Part shown: positions 9,563 through 19,198 of the stretch, piece by piece
Numbering within the stretch: the first letter of the stretch is position 1
Layout: each line of letters opens with the position of its first letter
Assembly (NCBI GenBank): GCA_009918005.1
Contig: RGDC01000003.1
Location: 1 to 41,541, forward strand
Origin: Actinomycetota bacterium
GTDB taxonomy: Bacteria; Actinomycetota; Actinomycetes; S36-B12; UBA5976
Direction of reading: 5' to 3'
DNA: 41,541 nucleotides
The notes under the pieces: generated by a model
Told to the model about the DNA's origin: nothing
The model's database searches: none
Seen by the model: the letters and a program-made list of their open reading frames with translations, nothing else
Made by a program: the position numbers and the translations under genes

Positions 9563-9611
9563 CTGCAAGCGACTGTGAAATTTGTGGGTCGCACCTAGCC
9601 AAGGAGTTCAG

Positions 9612-10334
9612 ATGGGTTTACTCGACAATCTGGAACAGCGCCTTGATCGAATCGTAAATGGCTCATTTTCCAAGGCCTTCAAATCTGAAGTCCAGCCGGT
9701 TGAACTTGGTGCGGCACTCCAGCAAGAGATAGATAACCGTGCTGACACCATAACTGGGCAAACTGTCGCACCAAATATCTTCATAATCGAACTTGGTCCC
9801 CAAGACCACGATCGCCTGGCAACCTATTTTGAAACTCTCAGCGTCGAACTAGGAACTTTGGCAGATTCCTACATAAGTGAGCAGCGATACACCACGGTTG
9901 ATTCCGCCCAAATCACTTTTGACCTTGATCAAGCTTTAGAAACTGGCGTTTTTCGAATTCGCAGCACAGCCGCTAAACGAACATTAAGCACACTGGAAAC
10001 ATCATCGATAGTCCAAGATTCAACGCCACAAGTTCCATTGACTGTATTTACGCCTGAGGCAACTCCTTACCTAACCTCTGTCACTGGTGAGGAATTTAAG
10101 ATCGCTAAATCAATCACAAGTATCGGACGTGGTGCTGAGGCTGATATCCAAATTGACGACACTAGTGTGAGCCGCTTACATTGTGAAATTGTTTTAGGTT
10201 CCGATGTCTTAATTCGGGATCTTGATTCAACCAACGGCACCGTCGTTGATGGAGCCCGGAATAAAGAGTCGGTACTTCGGAATGGGTCAATTATCAAAAT
10301 TGGAAATATTACTCTGACCTATATGAGTAAGTGA
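9612..10334 (+). CDS. fhaA: FhaA (DUF3662 + FHA domain)
   Basis: SD AAGGAG then ATG 9612 (MGLLDNLEQRL...FSKAFKSEVQPVE). C-terminal FHA: IGRG, VSRLH, DLDSTNGT. First gene of the pknB operon. Confidence 0.93.
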   Translation: MGLLDNLEQRLDRIVNGSFSKAFKSEVQPVELGAALQQEIDNRADTITGQTVAPNIFIIELGPQDHDRLATYFETLSVELGTLADSYISEQRYTTVDSAQITFDLDQALETGVFRIRSTAAKRTLSTLETSSIVQDSTPQVPLTVFTPEATPYLTSVTGEEFKIAKSITSIGRGAEADIQIDDTSVSRLHCEIVLGSDVLIRDLDSTNGTVVDGARNKESVLRNGSIIKIGNITLTYMSK

Positions 10335-10340
10335 AATATT

Positions 10341-10811
10341 ATGTCTGAGTTATTGCTTAGCATTTTGCGAATCGGTTTTCTGATTGCGCTCTGGTGGTTT
10401 GTGCTCACGGTAGTTTCTGTTTTGCGCCGCGACTTGCAAGCACCTCGAGATGCCAAATCACTCACGCCCGAGCGGAGCACTAAACGCCCAAGTCCAAGGC
10501 CAACTCTTCGGGCTCGCAAAACTTCCACCCAACTTGTCATTGTTGAAGGTGCCCTTACTGGAACTGCTGTGCCTTTGGGTTCTTCACCGATCCTCATTGG
10601 GCGAGCACCAGATGCCACGATCGTTCTAGATGATGATTTTGTGAGTACACATCACGCACGCTTAACACCAAATGGAAATCATTGGATCGTTGAGGATCTT
10701 GGTTCAACAAATGGCACGTGGATTGATCGAACTCGGGTCTCAACTCCTACGGTATTTCGTCCTGGAACTCAACTAAGAATTGGTAGAACCAGCATGGAAT
10801 TGAGCTCATGA
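10341..10811 (+). CDS. fhaB: FhaB/FipA membrane-anchored FHA protein
   Basis: N-terminal TM (LRIGFLIALWWFV); FHA motifs IGRA, DDFVSTHHARL, DLGSTNGTW. Confidence 0.93.
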   Translation: MSELLLSILRIGFLIALWWFVLTVVSVLRRDLQAPRDAKSLTPERSTKRPSPRPTLRARKTSTQLVIVEGALTGTAVPLGSSPILIGRAPDATIVLDDDFVSTHHARLTPNGNHWIVEDLGSTNGTWIDRTRVSTPTVFRPGTQLRIGRTSMELSS

Positions 10812-12007
10812 GTGGTTTGAGTCTTCGCTTTGCTGCCCGCTCCGAAATTGGCCGGGTGCGTCGTAACAACGAAGATGCTGGGTATGCCGCCAACAATTTA
10901 CTCGTGGTTGCTGACGGAATGGGTGGCCATGAAGCCGGTGAATTAGCTAGTGCTGCCACAGTTGCAGCCGTAGTTACAGCTGCTTCGACTTCGATGGCTG
11001 CTGACGAAGTACTTAATCAACTTGCTGAAGCGGTCATTACATCTGGTGAGTACATTGCTGACGTAGTTGCTGGGAACCGCGATCTTGCAGGTATGGGAAC
11101 AACTATGACGGTTGTCGCATTACGCGAAGATCGCATTGCGATGGCACATGTTGGTGATTCTCGCGCATACGTTTATCGCGATTCTGAATTACAGCAAATG
11201 ACAAAAGATCACACATTTGTTCAGACCTTGGTTGACTCAGGGGAAATCACACCAGAAGAAGCGGCGGTTCACCCTAGACGCAACCTGATGATGCGGGCAA
11301 TTGACGGTATTCATGCAGTAGAAGTTGATTTGTCGGTTCGGGAAACTCGTGAGGGTGATCGATTTTTGCTTTGCAGCGATGGTCTCTGTGGCGTGATTGA
11401 TGCAAACCAGATTGCTGAATGTCTCTCACATGAAGACTTAACTCAAGCTGTAACACTTCTTATCGATGCAGCGATGAGTGCTGGTGCGCCTGACAACATA
11501 ACGGTTGTAGTTGCAGATGTCGTTAGTGACAGTATCGAAGTTGATCCAGTTCTGATCGGTTCAGCTGCCGATTCCGTAAATCAATCCCGATTGCCCGCTG
11601 TTGACTTTCCTGATGAAGGCGAAGCATCTATTCCAATCCTTGATCGCGTTCTTTTAGAAACTAAAAAAGGTTGGCTAGTACCAGTGCTTTCAACTATTGG
11701 GGTTATCGCAGTAGGCATCGTTGCCACACTTTGGTGGTTAGGTAATCAATGGTTTGTCGGCGTTTACGCCCAAGAAGATGTGGTTGCAATCTTTCAAGGA
11801 GTACCTGCTGGTGGAATGTACCGCCTAGTCGAGATCACTGACGTCGAAGCTGGAAAGTTACCTGAGTTCGAACGTGGTCAGGTCTATCAAACATTTGAAT
11901 CTGGAAATTTTGAAAACGCTAAAGCCGCAGTGGATCGCTTAAAACTAAGTGCTGACTTATGCGTACTAACTCCTGCGACACCTGGTTGTCCGGAGATCGC
12001 TCCGTGA
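10808..12007 (+). CDS. pstP: PP2C-family Ser/Thr phosphatase, membrane-anchored
   Basis: RRNNED, VADGMGGH, GMGTT, HVGDSRAY, LCSDGL, APDNIT motifs; TM near the C-terminus. Confidence 0.95.
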   Translation: MSGLSLRFAARSEIGRVRRNNEDAGYAANNLLVVADGMGGHEAGELASAATVAAVVTAASTSMAADEVLNQLAEAVITSGEYIADVVAGNRDLAGMGTTMTVVALREDRIAMAHVGDSRAYVYRDSELQQMTKDHTFVQTLVDSGEITPEEAAVHPRRNLMMRAIDGIHAVEVDLSVRETREGDRFLLCSDGLCGVIDANQIAECLSHEDLTQAVTLLIDAAMSAGAPDNITVVVADVVSDSIEVDPVLIGSAADSVNQSRLPAVDFPDEGEASIPILDRVLLETKKGWLVPVLSTIGVIAVGIVATLWWLGNQWFVGVYAQEDVVAIFQGVPAGGMYRLVEITDVEAGKLPEFERGQVYQTFESGNFENAKAAVDRLKLSADLCVLTPATPGCPEIAP

Positions 12008-13392
12008 GCGAGACACTTAACCGTTATCGAGTGTCGACTCGGCGCTCAGCCGAGTTAGCGCTACTTATCGGAGCCTGGCTCATCGGAGTTTTCGCTTGGA
12101 TTCTCGTAGATTCTGCAACAGGTGACTCGTCTTTGGGTGGCTGGACTTCATTACTAAGCGCTGGAGTTTTGTTGCTTTTGACTCATGCTGTGGTGCGTTG
12201 GCAGGCACCTTACGCTGACCCTCTGTTGCTGCCGAGTGTAGCTGCGTTAAACATGCTTGGACTAGCAATGATTCATCGGTTAGACATTGCTGCTACCGAA
12301 CGCGCCGTCAGTAATGGAAGTCCTATGCCAACGCCAGATGTGTATTTGCAACTCACATGGATGGTTGTGGGACTAGTTGCTTTCATGTTGGTTTTGGCAT
12401 TTGTGCGAGATCATCGTAGGTTGCAAAGATTTACCTTTACTGCTGGATTTGCTGGGATCGCATTGCTCTTCTTCCCACTACTTCCATTCATTGGTAGCCA
12501 AATAAATGGTGCCCGACTTTGGATTAGTGTTCTCGGTTTTACATTTCAACCTGGAGAACTCGCCAAAGTGGCATTAACTATTTTCTTCTCTGGCTTTCTT
12601 GTTTCACGCCGGCATTCACTTGCACTCGTACATAACAAGATTCTGGGTGTAGGCATTCCCCGCGGTAAGGATGTTGGCCCGCTATTACTAGTTTGGTTTG
12701 CTGCCCTCTTAGTTCTGATTTTGGAACGAGATCTAGGGACTTCGTTACTTTTGTTTGGACTCTTCATCGTGATGCTTTATGTGGCCACTGGTAGACGTTC
12801 TTGGGTACTGATTGGTGCCTTGTTGTTAAGTGTTGGCGGCGCACTGGCTTATCGCGCATTTGGACATGTGCGAGTTCGATTTGATGTTTGGTTAGATCCC
12901 TTTGCGGATGCAAACGGGGCTGGCTTTCAGATTGTGCAATCTCTTTATGGCTTTGCTAATGGTGGTCTCTTTGGAACTGGATGGGGGAAGGGCTATCCGC
13001 AGCTTGTTCCATTCGCAAAAACCGATTTCATAACTTCTGCTCTGGGGGAAGAGTTGGGATTAATGGGGTTAATCGCAATCTTGCTGTTATTTGTAATCAT
13101 TGTTGAACGAGGTGCCCGTGCCGCAGTTGCAACTCGTGATCCGTTTGGCAACTTATTAGCAATTGGTCTAACGACAGTTATAGGTCTTCAGACATTCATT
13201 GTGATTGGGGGCGTAACCAGACTGGTTCCACTTACTGGTCTAACAACACCATTTTTGTCATATGGCGGATCATCATTAGTGGCGAACTACATAATCATTG
13301 CGCTTTTGATTCGAATATCTAATGCTGCTCGCGCACCTGAAGTAAGTGATGCTGATCTAGTTTTGCGTCAGGATGGCAGTAGCCATGATTAG
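12004..13392 (+). CDS. rodA: SEDS family peptidoglycan glycosyltransferase RodA
   Basis: FQPGELAK, ERDLGT, KTDFI, GEELG, PLTGLTTPFLSYGGSS motifs. GTG 12004 overlaps the pstP stop (GTGA). Confidence 0.94.
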   Translation: MSETLNRYRVSTRRSAELALLIGAWLIGVFAWILVDSATGDSSLGGWTSLLSAGVLLLLTHAVVRWQAPYADPLLLPSVAALNMLGLAMIHRLDIAATERAVSNGSPMPTPDVYLQLTWMVVGLVAFMLVLAFVRDHRRLQRFTFTAGFAGIALLFFPLLPFIGSQINGARLWISVLGFTFQPGELAKVALTIFFSGFLVSRRHSLALVHNKILGVGIPRGKDVGPLLLVWFAALLVLILERDLGTSLLLFGLFIVMLYVATGRRSWVLIGALLLSVGGALAYRAFGHVRVRFDVWLDPFADANGAGFQIVQSLYGFANGGLFGTGWGKGYPQLVPFAKTDFITSALGEELGLMGLIAILLLFVIIVERGARAAVATRDPFGNLLAIGLTTVIGLQTFIVIGGVTRLVPLTGLTTPFLSYGGSSLVANYIIIALLIRISNAARAPEVSDADLVLRQDGSSHD

Positions 13393-14833
13393 ACAAATCA
13401 ATCGAGTTACTTCGGTCATTGTTTTACTTTTGCTTGCATTAATTATCAATCTTTCTTACATTCAGGTTTTTAAGGCTGGTGACTTGCGAAGTCAGGCAAG
13501 TAATCAACGCGTTACATTAACTGAATATTCTCGCGAACGCGGACCGATCTTGCTGGGATCTTCAGCAATTGTGGAATCTACGCCAACGACGGATGCACTG
13601 AAGTACTTGCGCGAATATGCGGATGGCTCAACGTATGCCTCGATCACTGGGTTCTATTCGGTGGTTTATGGCGCAACTGGAATCGAATCTGAAGCCAATG
13701 ATGTACTGGCAGGTAACGACAGTCGATTCTTTGTCGATCGCCTTCAACAATTGTTTGCTAACCGTGAACCTAAAGGTGGAGCAATTCGATTAACGATTGA
13801 TCCTGATACGCAAGCTGCTGCGATGAAATCATTAAATGGTAGAACTGGCGCTGTAGTTGCTATCGATCCAACGACTGGTGCGATCTTGGCTTTAGCAAGT
13901 TCTCCCTCATTCGATCCAAATTTGCTCTCAAGTCATGATGCTCAAGATATTCAAAACACTTACGAAGAATTGAATGCTGATCCTAAACAACCCATGCTTA
14001 ACCGCCCACTTGCGATGACTCTTCCACCTGGTTCAACTTTTAAGTTGGTGACCGCAGCAGCAGCGTTAGAGTCTGGAAATTACACTGCTGGTTCAGAGCT
14101 GCCAGGTCCAGCGCAGATAAATTTGCCGGGCACTGATGTCCAACTAGGTAACTGGACTGGCAAAGCATGTGGGGCTGGAAATACCACAACGTTGCAAGGG
14201 GCTCTGGAGATTTCATGCAACACTGCATTTGCATGGTTGGGTATGGAACTAGGAGCTAATGCTATTAGCGAACAGGCTAAAAAATTTGGATTCGAATCCG
14301 AGTTTGATGTACCCATGACTGCTGCTATCAGTAGATTTCCAGCAGATTTGAACAAACCTCAAACTGCAATGAGCGCTATTGGGCAATTTGATGTCCGCGC
14401 AACTGCGTTACAGATGGCAATGGTGGCAGCTGGTATTGCAAATGATGGTGTCGTGATGAAGCCATATTTGATTAGCCAGGTGCTGGGCCCAGATTTAACG
14501 GTGTTGCAAAATACCAACCCATCTGCCTTTGGGCGCGCAATGTCAGTCGAGAACTCCAAGATCTTGAGAGACATGATGGTGGGGGTAGTTGCGAAGGGAA
14601 CTGCATCAAATGCGAAGATTTCTGGGATTTCCGTCGGTGGTAAAACTGGAACTGCCGAGAACACCCCAGGTGAACCGGCGCATGCTTGGTTTGTTGGGTT
14701 AGCCCCGAGCGAACAGTCAAAAGTGGCGGTGGCTGTCGTGTTACAAAATGGTGGCGGCGCTGCCGAAGTTAGTGGCAACGCGCTAGCCGCACCAATTGCC
14801 GCCGCAGTAATGCGAGCGGCTCTAAAGAAATAG
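13385..14833 (+). CDS. pbpA: Class B penicillin-binding protein PbpA
   Basis: N-terminal TM; SxxK (STFK), SxN (SCN) and KTG (GKTGTAE) motifs; follows rodA. Confidence 0.94.
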   Translation: MIRQINRVTSVIVLLLLALIINLSYIQVFKAGDLRSQASNQRVTLTEYSRERGPILLGSSAIVESTPTTDALKYLREYADGSTYASITGFYSVVYGATGIESEANDVLAGNDSRFFVDRLQQLFANREPKGGAIRLTIDPDTQAAAMKSLNGRTGAVVAIDPTTGAILALASSPSFDPNLLSSHDAQDIQNTYEELNADPKQPMLNRPLAMTLPPGSTFKLVTAAAALESGNYTAGSELPGPAQINLPGTDVQLGNWTGKACGAGNTTTLQGALEISCNTAFAWLGMELGANAISEQAKKFGFESEFDVPMTAAISRFPADLNKPQTAMSAIGQFDVRATALQMAMVAAGIANDGVVMKPYLISQVLGPDLTVLQNTNPSAFGRAMSVENSKILRDMMVGVVAKGTASNAKISGISVGGKTGTAENTPGEPAHAWFVGLAPSEQSKVAVAVVLQNGGGAAEVSGNALAAPIAAAVMRAALKK

Positions 14834-14881
14834 GTAAGAATAGAGTAAGTAATGCATATTGCGAAGTAATGAGGAGATCTA

Positions 14882-16630
14882 GTGAGTACCTTCACCCATC
14901 TTGGTGATAGATATGACGTCGGGCAAGTAATTGGCCATGGCGGCATGGCAGAAGTATATGAAGGTACAGATAGACGATTGAATCGCCGAGTCGCTATAAA
15001 GGTTTTACGTCCCGATCTAGCTCGCGATCCTATGTTCCAAGAGAGATTTCGCCGCGAGGCTCAATCAGCCGCGGGACTTAATCATCCGAACATTGTTGCG
15101 ATTTATGACACCGGTGAAGATTTAATTTCTGATGGCGTGAACCAGGTAAGCATTCCGTACATTGTTATGGAATACGTAGATGGCGTTACCTTGCGCCAGA
15201 TGTTAAACAACGGCCCAAGAATTTTGCCTGAGCGAGCACTCGAAGTTATTGCTGGTGTTCTTGCTGCACTTGATTACGCACATCGACATGGAATTGTGCA
15301 TCGTGATATTAAGCCCGCGAACATAATGATCAACTCTCACGGTGATGCCAAGGTCATGGATTTTGGTATTGCAAGGGCAATGAGTGATGCAGCAACATCA
15401 GTTACCGCAACCAGTGCAGTGATGGGCACTGCGCAATATTTATCTCCAGAGCAAGCTCGAGGCGAATCAGTTGATGCCCGCAGTGACATCTACTCGACAG
15501 GCTGTGTACTTTATGAACTTTTGACAAGTGGTCCCCCATTCAACGGTGAATCGCCAGTTTCCATTGCTTATCAGCATGTAAATGAAACTCCAAAACTTCC
15601 GTCATCGGTGGATCCCTCGATTCCTACAACATTAGATGCAATCACATTGACGGCATTAGCAAAGTCTCCTGGCAGCAGATATCAAACTGCAGCTGAAATG
15701 CGATTTGATATTGAAAGAGCAATTGCGGGCTTACCAATTTCTAGCCGGCCAAATAGTTTTCCAGTTGCTGATGACTTGGGTTCTACGACAGTATTGCCGA
15801 TTTCAAATACCACACCTGTAACAACCACAAACGTAGCTACAGCAACCAAGCCAAGCAGTCGGAAGAAGTGGGTGACAGTCACCATTGCGACTGTCGTATC
15901 TGCAGCGTTACTTATTTTTGTGGGAAGTCAACTACTTGCACCGGGCCAAACTTTAGTAACGACACCAAATCTAAAATCTAAAACAGTAGATGAAGCCAAA
16001 TTAGCCCTTACTGAAATTGGCCTAAATGTTGGAACTGAAACCCCCCAAGCTGATGACAATGTGCCTAAGGGAGAAATTATTGGGCAGGATCCAGCCGCTG
16101 GAGAATTGATCGAAGCGGGCCAGGCCGTTAATTTAATTGTTTCCGCAGGTAAAGACCAAGTACCAGTACCTGATTTAGTGAATCTTCCATCAATAGATGA
16201 CGCTCGCCTAGTTCTCACTGAAGCAAAACTGCTTTTGGGGCGGGTAACACCTATTGATAGCGATAAACCAGAAGGCACTATTTTGGAACAGGATCCAGTT
16301 ACCAACTTTGTTGTAGACATTGGAACTCTTATTAACGTCACTGTTTCGAATGGCAAGATTCCAGTACCAGATGTTGTTGGTAAGAATGAAACACAGGCTA
16401 AAAATACCCTGGTAAATGCGGGCTTCTTAGTAGACATTGTTAAGCAAGCAGATGCCACGGTGGCAGTAGGTACCGTATTGTCACAGTCACCAAATGCCAA
16501 AGATTTAGCGCTTAAGGGATCTATCGTGACCCTAACCGTAGCTTCAGCTCCGATTACAGTCTTGTGTCCAGACGGATCTCCTGTTCCAGTTAGTGGATTG
16601 TGTCCTACTACAACCCCTACTACGCCTTAA
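14882..16630 (+). CDS. pknB: PASTA-domain Ser/Thr protein kinase PknB (three PASTA repeats)
   Basis: GHGGMAEVY, VAIK, HRDIKPAN, DFGIAR, GTAQYLSPEQ; TM; three PASTA repeats; SD GAGGAG. Confidence 0.96.
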   Translation: MSTFTHLGDRYDVGQVIGHGGMAEVYEGTDRRLNRRVAIKVLRPDLARDPMFQERFRREAQSAAGLNHPNIVAIYDTGEDLISDGVNQVSIPYIVMEYVDGVTLRQMLNNGPRILPERALEVIAGVLAALDYAHRHGIVHRDIKPANIMINSHGDAKVMDFGIARAMSDAATSVTATSAVMGTAQYLSPEQARGESVDARSDIYSTGCVLYELLTSGPPFNGESPVSIAYQHVNETPKLPSSVDPSIPTTLDAITLTALAKSPGSRYQTAAEMRFDIERAIAGLPISSRPNSFPVADDLGSTTVLPISNTTPVTTTNVATATKPSSRKKWVTVTIATVVSAALLIFVGSQLLAPGQTLVTTPNLKSKTVDEAKLALTEIGLNVGTETPQADDNVPKGEIIGQDPAAGELIEAGQAVNLIVSAGKDQVPVPDLVNLPSIDDARLVLTEAKLLLGRVTPIDSDKPEGTILEQDPVTNFVVDIGTLINVTVSNGKIPVPDVVGKNETQAKNTLVNAGFLVDIVKQADATVAVGTVLSQSPNAKDLALKGSIVTLTVASAPITVLCPDGSPVPVSGLCPTTTPTTP

Positions 16631-16649
16631 CGCTTTTAGACTTACTGTC

Positions 16650-17270
16650 GTGACTCGTATTTTAGTGATCGATAACTACGACAGCTTTGTCTTTAACATT
16701 GTTCAGTACTTGGCTCAGCTAGGTGCCAAAGTCGATGTGAAGCGCAATGACGAAGTCACAGTTGATGAAGCTCGTGAGTACGATGGTGTGTTGCTCTCTC
16801 CTGGTCCAGGTACTCCGACTGATGCTGGTGTGTGCATCGACATTGTTAAAGAGTTGGGTGGCCAAGTTCCAATTTTTGGAGTTTGCCTTGGCCATCAAGC
16901 TATATCTGAAGCATTCGGCGCAACTGTTTCTCGAGCTCCAGAATTGCTTCATGGCAAAACTTCGCAAGTGTTTCACCATAAGCAAGGTGTGCTTGCAGAT
17001 TTGCCTTCGCCATTCACTGCAACTCGTTACCACTCGTTAGCCGTCGAGCGCGATACCGTGCCAGCAGAATTAGAAATCACTAGCGAGACTGAAGATGGAG
17101 TGATTATGTCACTACGTCATAGAAATTTTGATATCGAAGGTGTGCAATTTCATCCTGAGTCGGTTTTAACTGAAGGCGGTCACAAAATGTTAGCCGAATG
17201 GTTAGTTCGGTGTGGCGATCTAGATGCGCGTAACTTGGCGCAAGGTTTGCAACCAGTAATTCCAAATTAG
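16650..17270 (+). CDS. trpG: Anthranilate/aminodeoxychorismate synthase component II (glutamine amidotransferase)
   Basis: IDNYDSF, SPGPG, GVCLGHQ, TRYHSL, QFHPES motifs. Likely start GTG 16650, leaderless (TAGACT, 7 nt). Confidence 0.93.
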   Translation: MTRILVIDNYDSFVFNIVQYLAQLGAKVDVKRNDEVTVDEAREYDGVLLSPGPGTPTDAGVCIDIVKELGGQVPIFGVCLGHQAISEAFGATVSRAPELLHGKTSQVFHHKQGVLADLPSPFTATRYHSLAVERDTVPAELEITSETEDGVIMSLRHRNFDIEGVQFHPESVLTEGGHKMLAEWLVRCGDLDARNLAQGLQPVIPN

Positions 17271-17288
17271 TTTTACGATTTTATAGAA

Positions 17289-17993
17289 TTACGGTTGCTC
17301 AATCGATCCTTGCCAAGCTGGAATAGTCGTTTGATTCAATATAGAAACGTCCCAACCAAGATTTAGCCGCTTTACATATTCTCGGTAAAGCGAAACTCCA
17401 GGCTCATTATTCAGTGCTTGTTGAAGTTCCGAGGTATTTCCAACCGCGGTCACAATAAATGGTGGCGAATAGACCCGGCCTTGTAAAAGGAGTGTGTTTC
17501 CAACACAACGGATTGCGGTCGTACTGATGACGCGTTGGTCCATGACTTGAACTGCAGTTGCACCACCGCGCCACATTGCGTTTACCACGGACTGGACATC
17601 TTGTTGATGTACAACCAAATCATCCGGAACGACTCCGCTCGGAAGTGGTGATCCAGGTTCGCGCGGGGCATCATCAAGTGAAATTCGCAGCGCCGATCCT
17701 GAAACAGGTGTGAGTCCTGTTGCTTGTTCAAGTTGGTTGATTTGCAAACTTAACGCGGGGTCAACTTTGGTAATCGAAAGGTTGTTTACTTCGGTAGTTA
17801 GGGTATCCACTTCGGATTGCAAAACCCCAACTTTGTTAGCTCTATCCAGAACTAGGCTACGAAGATCCTCTAAGCCACCGGTTCGCAAATTAGTTCCATC
17901 GGCCGTGATCCCACTTGCTATGAAGAGAAATCCGGCAAGCGCAGCTGATCCAGTAACCAAAGTGGTCTTAGTTCGCTTGGAAAGGCTGCTCAT
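17289..17993 (-). CDS. DUF881 family membrane protein (Rv0012-like)
   Basis: N-terminal TM, coiled coil, GLTPVSG, LVVHQQDVQSVVNAMWRGGA, IRCVGNTLLL motifs. Confidence 0.9.
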   Translation of the reverse strand: MSSLSKRTKTTLVTGSAALAGFLFIASGITADGTNLRTGGLEDLRSLVLDRANKVGVLQSEVDTLTTEVNNLSITKVDPALSLQINQLEQATGLTPVSGSALRISLDDAPREPGSPLPSGVVPDDLVVHQQDVQSVVNAMWRGGATAVQVMDQRVISTTAIRCVGNTLLLQGRVYSPPFIVTAVGNTSELQQALNNEPGVSLYREYVKRLNLGWDVSILNQTTIPAWQGSIEQP

Positions 17994-17997
17994 TTAT

Positions 17998-18018
17998 TTA
18001 TCCACAGGGTTATCCACC
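17998..18018. promoter_or_regulatory. Tandem DnaA boxes (TTATCCACA 17998-18006; TTATCCACC 18010-18018)
   Basis: One perfect and one 8/9 DnaA box, 3 nt apart, in the 53-bp crgA-DUF881 intergenic region. Confidence 0.8.
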
Positions 18019-18046
18019 GCTGGGGAGGAAATTACACCCATGTCAT

Positions 18047-18313
18047 TTACTTCCAGCGCGTGGCTAGAGCAAATCCAACGCCGATCAAGGCAAATCCAAT
18101 AAGAACATTGGCTAGGTTGCCTAAATCGGACATCAGCGGCACTTGGCTACCTACAAGATAGAACACCACAATCCACAACAGTCCCAAGATGAACATGGTC
18201 ACCATAGTTGGAACTAACCAAACCGGATTTCCAATTTTGAAGGACTCCGGCGCCTTGGCTGGTGGTGGTGTGTAGGCGGGTTCTTTTGATTTACGAGACT
18301 TTGACTTAGGCAT
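18047..18313 (-). CDS. crgA: Cell division protein CrgA
   Basis: MPKSKSRK start, P.WLVP.M, GLLWIVVFY, terminal ATRWK; two TMs. Leaderless start: TAAGGT, 6 nt, ATG. Confidence 0.93.
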   Translation of the reverse strand: MPKSKSRKSKEPAYTPPPAKAPESFKIGNPVWLVPTMVTMFILGLLWIVVFYLVGSQVPLMSDLGNLANVLIGFALIGVGFALATRWK

Positions 18314-18386
18314 GTTTAAACCTTACCTGTATTTTTCAAGGGAGCCTCAATTTCAGTTGCCTATATGTGGTGGGTGCGATCTTGAG

Positions 18387-19196
18387 TTAAAGGCCAATCA
18401 GCGCAGAAACTTGGGCATTTCTAGCCAAGGTAGCCAGGACTAAAACTACAAAAATTCCAGACAAGCCGATGCGATGAAGTCGATCTCGATTTAGTCTGGT
18501 GCCCTTGGTGTAGATGAATGCAACCACAGCGCCAGTTACCGCTCCGCCAAAATGCGCACGCCAATCGATGCCAGGCTGCAAGAAACCGATAACCACGTTT
18601 AGCCCCAAGAGGACAACAAGCTGGGAAACGTCAGTTCGCATCTGTCGACCTATAACAATGGTTGCGGTAATCAAGCCAAAGATTGCGCCACTGGCTCCAA
18701 CTGAGACGGTTCGTAGATCAGAGAACCAATACGAAGCAACCGAACCACCGAGTGCTGAAAATACATACAGTGCTGCGAAGCGCAGATGTCCGAGCAATCT
18801 TTCAAGTTGAGGTCCGAGCCAATAAAGCGCATACATGTTGAACAGCAAATGCAGGATGCTCCCATGAAGCAATGTGGAAGTTAGTAACCGCCACCATTCA
18901 CCTTGCGCAATAGCGGCTGGAATCATGCCAAACTTTAAAGCAAAACTTCCTAGTACTAATGACAGTGCGAAAATGCCGACGCAAGTAATCAGAATTGCTC
19001 GGGTCACTTGTGGAACTGTATTGAATGATCCACCGAACTTAGTTTTTGGTAAAGCTACCTGGGCACCAGCAACACATTCCGGGCATTGAAATCCGACCGG
19101 AGCATTGATCATGCAATCGGGACATATCTTGCGATCACAACGACCGCAAGATACATATGCCTCGCTATCGGTGTGGCGGAAACAGATGTTGTCCAC
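18387..19196 (-). CDS. Rhomboid family intramembrane serine protease with N-terminal zinc-finger (B-box-like)
   Basis: CFRH...CGRC...CPDC...CPEC; WWRL, HLLFNM, GASG catalytic Ser, AHFGG catalytic His. Confidence 0.94.
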   Translation of the reverse strand: MDNICFRHTDSEAYVSCGRCDRKICPDCMINAPVGFQCPECVAGAQVALPKTKFGGSFNTVPQVTRAILITCVGIFALSLVLGSFALKFGMIPAAIAQGEWWRLLTSTLLHGSILHLLFNMYALYWLGPQLERLLGHLRFAALYVFSALGGSVASYWFSDLRTVSVGASGAIFGLITATIVIGRQMRTDVSQLVVLLGLNVVIGFLQPGIDWRAHFGGAVTGAVVAFIYTKGTRLNRDRLHRIGLSGIFVVLVLATLARNAQVSALIGL

Positions 19197-19198
19197 GC

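Noticed and set aside
9497-9611. tRNA-Leu often found near fhaA
   Set aside because: No cloverleaf, T-loop (GTTCRA) or acceptor stem visible in this gap.
14834-14881. Absence of pknA between pbpA and pknB as a novelty
   Set aside because: The pknA-less arrangement is known outside Corynebacteriales (e.g. Streptomyces), and no remnant is visible in the 48-nt gap.
14359-16500. Long antisense ORFs (14359..14946, 15928..16500; also 29401..30009 and many 60-150-aa ORFs)
   Set aside because: They shadow well-conserved genes on the other strand or frame, with no motifs or start signals.
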